Origin: Spirochaetales bacterium
GTDB lineage: Bacteria > Spirochaetota > GWE2-31-10 > MWDO01
Reading direction: 5' to 3'
Length of the DNA stretch: 64,000 nt
Assembly (NCBI GenBank): GCA_017540815.1
Contig: JAFYAI010000038.1
Location: 411-64,410 of the forward strand
A program made the position numbers and the translations under genes. Below are positions 57,000 to 64,000 of this stretch, piece by piece (position 1 is the first letter of the stretch; each line of letters starts with the position of its first letter). The notes below the pieces were generated by a model that was not told where the DNA came from, ran no database searches, and saw nothing but the letters and a program-made list of their open reading frames with translations.

Positions 57000-58022
57000 A
57001 TGAAATTTGAATTAATAACACAAGACAACAAACAGCAATACATCGCATTCTGCGACAGCGTTTATCACAGCGGAGTATGGCATTATCCGGATTGGATTCA
57101 GTTCCAGCTCGCAAGCGGCAGAGGTAAGGCGGCTCATAACTTCGCAATATATGATGATAATAATAATATAATCGCAGGCGGCAGCTATATTGTGCAGCAC
57201 AGTTCATTCGGGATAAACTTTGCCTATATACCGGCGGGGCTGCTCTACACTCGGATAGATGATGAGGTGTATAAGTGTTTCACCGATGGGCTAACCGAAT
57301 TATCAGGGAAGTATAATACGGTATTTACACAGCTGGACTCGATAACGCCGATCAATGAAACATATACAGGCATTATCACGAAGGCGAAACATCACAGCCT
57401 GCACGAGAAACTGCCTATACCGCAGTGGACTAATATCATCGACTTGTCTATGAGTGAAGATGAAATACTTACTCAAATGAAGCCCAAGGGCAGATACAAC
57501 ATTAAGCTCGCCGAGAAGAAAGGTGTGCGTATCGAGGTGCGTCCTAAAGAGGAAGTAGGCACATTCTATGAACTGCTCAAAGCGACGACGGAGCGGGATC
57601 ACTTCCGACCTAATCCGCCGGAGTATTATCGCTGTATGCTGGATAATATCCCGGACAGTCTGCTGATGTTTGCTCTGCATGAGGATGACATTCTCTGCGG
57701 CGGTATATTTACTTACACGCATAATCAGGGGCTCTACTACTACGGAGCATCGTCGAATATTAAACGCAACCTTATGTCACCGTATCTGCTGCAGTGGACT
57801 GCACTGCTTGAAGCTAAGAAACGCGGATGCAGGTATTATGACTTTATGGGCATTGCCGATCCGAAGAATCCAAACGACCAGCTCAAAACCGTTACTGACT
57901 TTAAGCTGAAATTCGCCGGAACGGTGACGGAGTTCCAGACCCCGTATCACATTGTTCATAAGCCGCTGCGATATTGGACATACAAAACTGCGAAGAAAAT
58001 ACGAAAGATCGGACATAAATAG
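57000..58022 (+). CDS. FemAB-family peptidoglycan interpeptide-bridge aminoacyltransferase
   Basis: KGRYNIKLAEKKGV, LYYYGASS, LLQWTALLEAKKRGCRYYDFMG. Confidence 0.8.
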   Translation: MKFELITQDNKQQYIAFCDSVYHSGVWHYPDWIQFQLASGRGKAAHNFAIYDDNNNIIAGGSYIVQHSSFGINFAYIPAGLLYTRIDDEVYKCFTDGLTELSGKYNTVFTQLDSITPINETYTGIITKAKHHSLHEKLPIPQWTNIIDLSMSEDEILTQMKPKGRYNIKLAEKKGVRIEVRPKEEVGTFYELLKATTERDHFRPNPPEYYRCMLDNIPDSLLMFALHEDDILCGGIFTYTHNQGLYYYGASSNIKRNLMSPYLLQWTALLEAKKRGCRYYDFMGIADPKNPNDQLKTVTDFKLKFAGTVTEFQTPYHIVHKPLRYWTYKTAKKIRKIGHK

Positions 58023-58031
58023 GAGACCATT

Positions 58032-59273
58032 ATGACAGAAAAAAAATTACCGTTTAATAAAGATCAGATCGAAGCGATTATCAAAAAATATCCTACGCCT
58101 TTCCATATCTATGATGAGGCAGCGATCGTTAAGAATGTGCAGAAGTTTATCAAGGCTTTCAGCTGGAACGAAGGATTCAAAGAATACTATGCTGTCAAGG
58201 CTTGTCCTAATCCGTCAATCCTGAAACTGCTTCGTGAGCAGGGCTGCGGTACTGACTGCTCGTCGCTGCCGGAGCTTGTGCTGTCCGATATGGCAGGCAT
58301 TACAGGTGAGAATATTATGTTCTCGTCAAATGAGACTCCTTTACCGGAATATGTCAAAGCGAAAGAGCTTGGAGCGATCATCAATATTGATGACATTACT
58401 CATGTTGATTTTATTCATAAGAATATCGGGCTGCCGGAACTTGTGTCATTCCGATATAATCCAGGACCTGAGAGAACAGGCAATGCTATCATAGGCAATC
58501 CTGTCGAAGCCAAATACGGTCTGACAAAAGAGCAGCTTTTCACCGGATATAAAATGCTTGCTGAGCGTGGAGTTAAGAGATTTGGCCTGCATACGATGGT
58601 TGCAAGCAATGAGCTTAATCCTGAGTTCTTCGTTGAGACTGCACGAAGTCTCTTCCAACTCGCCCGCGACATTCACAACAAGCTTGGCATCAAACTTGAG
58701 TTTGTCAATATGTCAGGCGGTTTCGGCATTCCATACAAGCCGGAACAGACTGCTCTTGACATCGACTATATATCGGGCAAGATTAAGGCTCTCTACGATG
58801 AGATGATCGTGCCTGCCGGACTGCATCCGCTTAAACTCTTCACGGAATGCGGCAGACTTATCACCGGACCTTACGGCTACCTTGTGACGACTGCCATTCA
58901 CGAGAAGCATATCTACAAGGACTATATCGGTCTTGATGCGTGCATGGCTAACCTTATGCGTCCGGCACTCTACGGAGCATATCATCACATCACTGTTATG
59001 GGCAAGGAGAATGAGCCTTGCGATCACAAGTATGATGTTGTCGGCTCGCTTTGTGAAAATAACGATAAATTTGCGATAGACCGCATGCTGCCGAAGATTG
59101 ACATCGGTGACAGAATAGTAATCCATGATACCGGAGCACACGGCTACTCGATGGGATTTAACTACAATGCCAAACTTCGTTCGGCAGAACTGCTGCTGCA
59201 CGCCGACGGTTCTGTCGATATGATCCGCCGTGCCGAGACTATTGATGATTATCTTGCGACGCTGAAGTTTTGA
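58032..59273 (+). CDS. PLP-dependent group IV decarboxylase, diaminopimelate-decarboxylase type
   Basis: PTPFHIYDE, YAVKACPN (PLP Lys), CGTDCSSLPEL, GGFGIPY, CENNDKF. Substrate not assignable from sequence alone. Confidence 0.75.
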   Translation: MTEKKLPFNKDQIEAIIKKYPTPFHIYDEAAIVKNVQKFIKAFSWNEGFKEYYAVKACPNPSILKLLREQGCGTDCSSLPELVLSDMAGITGENIMFSSNETPLPEYVKAKELGAIINIDDITHVDFIHKNIGLPELVSFRYNPGPERTGNAIIGNPVEAKYGLTKEQLFTGYKMLAERGVKRFGLHTMVASNELNPEFFVETARSLFQLARDIHNKLGIKLEFVNMSGGFGIPYKPEQTALDIDYISGKIKALYDEMIVPAGLHPLKLFTECGRLITGPYGYLVTTAIHEKHIYKDYIGLDACMANLMRPALYGAYHHITVMGKENEPCDHKYDVVGSLCENNDKFAIDRMLPKIDIGDRIVIHDTGAHGYSMGFNYNAKLRSAELLLHADGSVDMIRRAETIDDYLATLKF

Positions 59274-59280
59274 TTGCTAA

Positions 59281-60159
59281 ATGCACTTTATCGATGCAAA
59301 AAACATATTGACAAACAGCAGCGGACATCTTGGCATGAATATTTATCGCGGATGTTCGCACGGCTGCATATACTGCGACAGTCGGAGCAGGTGCTATCGG
59401 TTCACTCATCCGTTTGAGGATATTGAAGTTAAGCAGAATGCCCCACAGCTGTTGGAGGCATCTCTTGCTTCCAAACGAAAGAAAGCAATGGTCGGAACAG
59501 GCTCAATGTCAGACCCGTATATGCACTGTGAAGAAAAACTGCGGCTGACAAGGCAATGCCTTGCGGTTATCCACAGATATGGATTCGGAGTATCGATCCT
59601 AACGAAGTCTGATCGTATTTTGCAGGATATAGATCTGTTGGATGATATTAACAGGTCAGCCAAATGCGTGGCCCAGATGACGCTTACAACATATAATGAC
59701 GAACTGTGCAGAGTATTAGAGCCGAATGTCTGCAATACGAAACGGCGGATCGAGGTCTTGGCTGCAATGCACGAGCGTAATATCCCGACTGTCGTGTGGC
59801 TGTCTCCGATACTGCCGTTTATCAATGATACCGAGGAAAATATCAAATCTATCCTTGATGAATGTGCTGCAGTCGGCGTTCGTGGTATTGTCTGCTTCGG
59901 CATGGGGCTGACTCTTCGCGAAGGTGACAGAGAGTATTACTATGCTGCGTTGGATAAGCATTTCCCCGGAATGAAGAACAGATATATACAAACTTACGGC
60001 GATGCTTATGAACTGCCAAGCCCGAATAATGCGAAACTTATGCGGCTGTTTAACGGTTTTTGTGCAGATCACGGCATTTTATCGACTCCTGATGAATGTT
60101 TTCGATTCCTCAATGAGCTGCCGGAGAGAGAGATACAGATGAGTTTGTTTGAGATGTAG
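59281..60159 (+). CDS. radical SAM protein, SplB/COG1533-like
   Basis: YRGCSHGCIYCDSRS (CxxxCxxC) near the N-terminus, with size and layout of the SPL-like family. Confidence 0.8.
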   Translation: MHFIDAKNILTNSSGHLGMNIYRGCSHGCIYCDSRSRCYRFTHPFEDIEVKQNAPQLLEASLASKRKKAMVGTGSMSDPYMHCEEKLRLTRQCLAVIHRYGFGVSILTKSDRILQDIDLLDDINRSAKCVAQMTLTTYNDELCRVLEPNVCNTKRRIEVLAAMHERNIPTVVWLSPILPFINDTEENIKSILDECAAVGVRGIVCFGMGLTLREGDREYYYAALDKHFPGMKNRYIQTYGDAYELPSPNNAKLMRLFNGFCADHGILSTPDECFRFLNELPEREIQMSLFEM

Positions 60160-60164
60160 CGGAT

Positions 60165-60204
60165 AAAAAATCCGAAAAAAACGCTTGTTTTTTTCGGATT
60201 TTTT
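60165..60204 (+). terminator. A/T-flanked hairpin terminator
   Basis: aaaaaatccgaaaaaaa-cgcttg-tttttttcggatttttt gives 17-nt arms. Confidence 0.7.
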
Positions 60205-60207
60205 GAT

Positions 60208-60236
60208 ATAATGCACATCATATATTTGTGCATTAT
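60208..60236. promoter_or_regulatory. 10-bp inverted repeat overlapping a TATAAT box upstream of glmS
   Basis: ataatgcaca-N9-tgtgcattat. TATAAT lies at 60206-60211, about 55 nt before the glmS ATG. Confidence 0.4.
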
Positions 60237-60265
60237 GAATTATACATTATGAACCTGGAGCTGCT

Positions 60266-62116
60266 ATGTGCGGAATAGTTGGATATATTGGAGACAGACC
60301 TGCGGCTGGGCTGCTGCTGGAAGGACTGAAGCGGTTGGAGTATCGTGGATATGATTCATCGGGAGTTGCTCTGCTGGATGATCGTATCACATGCTATAAG
60401 CGTGTTGGGCGTATTGCCAATCTGGCCGGTATAGTTCCTCATGGACTGACGCAGACAGTAGGTATTGCTCATACACGATGGGCAACGCACGGCGGTGTAA
60501 GTGATGCCAACGCTCATCCGCATCTTAGCCGCAATAAGAAGTTCGCCATTGTTCATAACGGCATTATCGAGAACTACATATATCTGAAAAATATGCTTGC
60601 CAAAGCAGGCTTTGCATTCAGCAGTCAGACTGACTCTGAAGTCATCGCCCATCTGTTGGAGAAGAACTACGAGGAAAGTCAGACTCATGACTTCGAGGAA
60701 GCATTCAACACAACTCTTAGAATGCTGGAAGGCACTTACGGACTTGTTGCAATGAGTGCCGATCATCCTGACTGCTTAATGGTTGCACGCAAGGGCAGTC
60801 CGCTCGTGCTTGGTATAGGCAGCAATGAGATGTTTGTTGCCAGTGATGTGTCTGCATTCTTGGGACATACCGACTCTGTTGTGTATCTTGATGATTATGA
60901 GATAGCCAAGGTGACATCATCGTCGTTCCAGACGAAAGACTTCCGCAATGAGCCGACTGAGAAAGCGGTGAGCAAGATAGAATGGCAGCCCGACAGCCTT
61001 GATCTGAACGGTTTCCCGCATTATATGCTTAAAGAAATATTTGAGCAGCCGGAGAGTATCGAGAGAGGCTTTGCCGGACGCATCGTTGAGACGATGGGGA
61101 CGACTAAACTCGGCGGACTCAATCTTACTCCTGCCGAATTGTTTAACATTAAGCGAGTCTGCATTATAGCCTGTGGTACAAGTTATCATGCAGGGCTTGT
61201 CGGGGCATATATTATCGAGGAGTTGGCAAGGATACCGACTCGGGTGGAAGTCGCCAGCGAATACAAAAGCAAGAATCCTATCATTGAAGCCGGCACTCTG
61301 TATTTTGCAGTCAGTCAATCCGGAGAGACGATAGATACATTGCTGTCAATGAGGGAGATCCAGCGTAAAGGCGGCAAAGTGCTTGGAATATGTAATGTAG
61401 TCGGCAGCACAATCCCGCGGGAGAGCGACGGAGGTGTGTATGTTCACTCCGGACCTGAGATCGCCGTTGCTTCGACGAAAGCATTCACATCTCAGCTGAT
61501 AGTACTGACTCTGTTCGCCGTCATGATGGCTCGTATGAAAGACATGAGCCTTAACACGGGCAAGAGACTTATCAGTGATATTAAAAAAATCCCTGAATGT
61601 ATCAGGAATATCCTCGGTCATGCGGCACATATCGAGAGTATCGCCGGCAAGCTGAAAGACGCAAAATATTTTATGTTTCTCGGACGTGGTATCAGTTATC
61701 CTGTTGCATTGGAAGGGGCTCTCAAACTCAAAGAGGTCAGCTATATCCTGTCGGAAGGCATCCCTGCAGGTGAGATCAAGCACGGACCGATAGCTCTTAT
61801 TGACAAGACGACTCCTGTTATCTTCATCATTCCGAAAGATGACCAGTTCGACAAAACTCTGTCCAATATGCAGGAGGTTCGCTCCAGAGGCGGTATTATC
61901 ATCACGATACATACGGAGTGTCCTGCCGACAGTGCCGACTATGATAAACTGAAAAGTTTGTCCGATTATATGATCTGCGTGCCTGCGATTGATCCGAGTC
62001 TTACACCGCTGCTTACGATTATACCGCTGCAGTTGCTGTCATATTATATCGCACGAGACCGCGGCTGCGACATCGATAAGCCGAGGAATCTGGCGAAGTC
62101 TGTGACTGTGGAGTAA
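60266..62116 (+). CDS. glmS: glutamine--fructose-6-phosphate aminotransferase
   Basis: MCGIVGY N-terminus, two SIS domains, C-terminal KPRNLAKSVTVE. Confidence 0.95.
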   Translation: MCGIVGYIGDRPAAGLLLEGLKRLEYRGYDSSGVALLDDRITCYKRVGRIANLAGIVPHGLTQTVGIAHTRWATHGGVSDANAHPHLSRNKKFAIVHNGIIENYIYLKNMLAKAGFAFSSQTDSEVIAHLLEKNYEESQTHDFEEAFNTTLRMLEGTYGLVAMSADHPDCLMVARKGSPLVLGIGSNEMFVASDVSAFLGHTDSVVYLDDYEIAKVTSSSFQTKDFRNEPTEKAVSKIEWQPDSLDLNGFPHYMLKEIFEQPESIERGFAGRIVETMGTTKLGGLNLTPAELFNIKRVCIIACGTSYHAGLVGAYIIEELARIPTRVEVASEYKSKNPIIEAGTLYFAVSQSGETIDTLLSMREIQRKGGKVLGICNVVGSTIPRESDGGVYVHSGPEIAVASTKAFTSQLIVLTLFAVMMARMKDMSLNTGKRLISDIKKIPECIRNILGHAAHIESIAGKLKDAKYFMFLGRGISYPVALEGALKLKEVSYILSEGIPAGEIKHGPIALIDKTTPVIFIIPKDDQFDKTLSNMQEVRSRGGIIITIHTECPADSADYDKLKSLSDYMICVPAIDPSLTPLLTIIPLQLLSYYIARDRGCDIDKPRNLAKSVTVE

Positions 62117-62155
62117 ACAATTCATAATTCACAATTCATAATGGGGGATAAAATG

Positions 62156-62188
62156 CCGCAATAATTTTCTTGCTGAAATCTATTGCGG
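62156..62188. terminator. weak hairpin between convergent glmS and a lipoprotein gene
   Basis: ccgcaata ... tattgcgg gives an 8-bp stem with a 17-nt loop. No clean T-run. Confidence 0.35.
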
Positions 62189-62191
62189 GGT

Positions 62192-63106
62192 TTAAAACTC
62201 AACATTAATTATCCGAGCTTCCAGTTTGGTTATATCCATGATCGTGCCGCCGTTGAAGTCGATATAGAACGCATATTGCTCGCCATGACCGATGAAAGGC
62301 TTGCCTGCAAGGTCTGATGTTTGGTGACTTGTGTATTGAGTGCCGTTTTTTTCATACATAATGTCTATGGCAAGTTTCTTCACTCCGTAAGTACCGTCAT
62401 TGGTGATAACGATGCGGGCACCGCTGTTGGTGAATATCTTAGACATTTTAAGGCTGTGCTCTATATAGTCCTGCTTATCGGCTATACGCAGGTATGCTTT
62501 GCTCATAGTCTCGTTAATGCCGCCCATCTCGTAGAGTCGGTCGATAGTTTTGAGTGCTTCGTCAAACATACCGCGGTTTTCGTATTCCAAAGCAGCCTGA
62601 CGGATTTGCTTAATTCGCTTAATGCGTCCGAGATCTGCACTGACTCGCCACTGTCCGTTTTCATTGACAAGTGTATATTCTTCGTCAGCGGTAATTTTGC
62701 AGGCATCGATCTCGTGTCTGTTATTCTTCAGAATGTGTCTAATCTGCTTTTTGTTCAATCCCGGTCTTGTAAGTGTCGGTATGCGTTTGTAGATGTTGAG
62801 TAGATCCGGGCGGCTGACTTCCGCTTTTGCCGTGATCGTGCTGCCGGTAGGTGAGACATTTTGCTCTGTTATGCGGAATGATGTGTACTCGCCCAATACT
62901 TCTGTGACATTGCTGCCGGATTCGCTGTATTCTGTGAGTGTAACTTCTGATGTGTCTCGCTCAGACAAACATCTGTATGCCGAGGCATAGTCACATCTGT
63001 TTACTGCTGCGATGTATCGGCTCAAAATGTCAGACGGCTTGCCACCGCAGCCGAATAATGCCGTGATAATAATAAGTAAAATGCTAGTTCTTCTTAAATA
63101 ATCCAT
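62192..63106 (-). CDS. lipoprotein, unknown function
   Basis: ATG at 63106 (MDYLRRTSILLIIITALFGCGG lipobox). The longer track ORF begins at a TTG. Confidence 0.55.
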   Translation of the reverse strand: MDYLRRTSILLIIITALFGCGGKPSDILSRYIAAVNRCDYASAYRCLSERDTSEVTLTEYSESGSNVTEVLGEYTSFRITEQNVSPTGSTITAKAEVSRPDLLNIYKRIPTLTRPGLNKKQIRHILKNNRHEIDACKITADEEYTLVNENGQWRVSADLGRIKRIKQIRQAALEYENRGMFDEALKTIDRLYEMGGINETMSKAYLRIADKQDYIEHSLKMSKIFTNSGARIVITNDGTYGVKKLAIDIMYEKNGTQYTSHQTSDLAGKPFIGHGEQYAFYIDFNGGTIMDITKLEARIINVEF

Positions 63107-63914
63107 CTTTAATCCTGTCAAATAGTCCTTTTGTTTTAGTAATTATATCCGATGTCACATCATCGGTCGCATCTTCATTATAGGAGTGATCATCATCATT
63201 GGAGACGGCGTCGGCAGTAACAGGAGTCAGATAGTATATGATATTGTCGTCAGCTCCTGTGTTTAGCCGCACAGACAGGCGTGTATTGGTATCAATGCCG
63301 TAACTCGGATCGAAAAGTATTCTTTCTCCGGCATCATATTTCCGCCTGCCGCCTGCGAAGATGCTCTGATTGTTGAGGAACATTATCTCTGCCGACGAGT
63401 AAGCAGCATTGCTTTTACATTCGATCTGCAGTTCTTTATTGCCTCGGATAAATGATGCTTTGTAAGGCACTATATAGCCGTCAATATGGAATATACCTTC
63501 TTTCTTCGCAGGTATAGTCACATCTATAACGAAATCAGACAGATTATCCTGCTTATCAGTGATCTCTATCAGATAGTCTCCGAGCAGCAGAGATTTGCCG
63601 TCTTCATACTCGATAAACGGGAAGCCTGTATATACTGTATCATGATAGTTATACATGGACAGGTTTTTCTCTTCGATAGTCCAGGAATACTCTGTCGCCA
63701 GATGAGTTATCTTCATCTCGCGGAGATTGTGGTCTTCTGTATCTCCGGCTATTACGCAGAATACAGACAGATATACATTGTCACTCAGCATATTCTGCAC
63801 ACTGTTCTGCTGGTATATCAGCACAGAGTAAGATGCGGATGTGATATACGGAGGATCGGCACCGCATGATATTAGGAATATAAGAATAACAATACAGAAC
63901 AGGATTTTTTTCAT
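63084..63914 (-). CDS. lipoprotein, unknown function
   Basis: MKKILFCIVILIFLISCG lipobox. Beta-rich body and acidic tail. Confidence 0.6.
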   Translation of the reverse strand: MKKILFCIVILIFLISCGADPPYITSASYSVLIYQQNSVQNMLSDNVYLSVFCVIAGDTEDHNLREMKITHLATEYSWTIEEKNLSMYNYHDTVYTGFPFIEYEDGKSLLLGDYLIEITDKQDNLSDFVIDVTIPAKKEGIFHIDGYIVPYKASFIRGNKELQIECKSNAAYSSAEIMFLNNQSIFAGGRRKYDAGERILFDPSYGIDTNTRLSVRLNTGADDNIIYYLTPVTADAVSNDDDHSYNEDATDDVTSDIITKTKGLFDRIKDGLFKKN

Positions 63915-64000
63915 AACTGTATTATATAGGATAAAAGATAATTTCGCAATACTTTTTTGCGGAATTTGCTTTATTTTTTTGTTAAAATATTATATAAATG

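Noticed and set aside
60160-60265. glmS ribozyme upstream of glmS
   Set aside because: The spacer is only 106 nt, and most of it is taken up by a terminator hairpin and AT-rich promoter-like sequence. The conserved ribozyme core is not discernible.

Overview
This 64-kb window looks like core chromosome from a moderately AT-rich, lipoprotein-rich diderm. My best guess is a Treponema-like spirochaete. That guess rests on gene content and protein style and is unverified, since no searches were run. All product calls come from motifs read in the supplied translations.

Recognisable housekeeping genes:
- rpmH-rnpA-yidD-yidC-jag cluster
- purC, rlmN, pyrG, nadB, malQ, scpA, plsC, hisI, glmS
- SpoU/TrmH-type and RsmB/F-type RNA methyltransferases
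- an RNB-family exoribonuclease, a Nudix hydrolase, a FemAB-family transferase, a DAP-decarboxylase-type enzyme and an SplB-like radical SAM protein

Interspersed with these are many lipoproteins, candidate outer-membrane beta-barrels and TPR proteins. There is also a 1217-aa surface lipoprotein and a 1070-aa FHA-ABC fusion transporter. A loose signalling/nuclease neighbourhood lies at about 46.8-52.4 kb: CheY-like receiver, two-HKD PLD lipoprotein, GGDEF cyclase, GIY-YIG protein and a caspase-like protein.

I found no rRNA or tRNA genes, CRISPR array, transposase, integrase or reverse transcriptase. I cannot point to a convincing new multi-gene system.

The observations most worth checking:
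1. rnpA is split by an A10 run.
2. A CoA-disulfide-reductase/rhodanese homologue lacks both catalytic cysteines.
3. An apparently inactive secreted caspase-like protein is translationally coupled to a GIY-YIG protein.
4. An orphan hisI with an intact active site is embedded by overlapping codons in an envelope operon.
5. The FHA-ABC fusion transporter lies near a stand-alone FHA protein.
6. There is a set of unusually long perfect A/T-flanked palindromes (arms of 17-30 bp). Two of them sit in divergent promoter regions, where they cannot terminate any annotated gene.

Most minus/plus shadow ORFs in the track are rejected as antisense artefacts.
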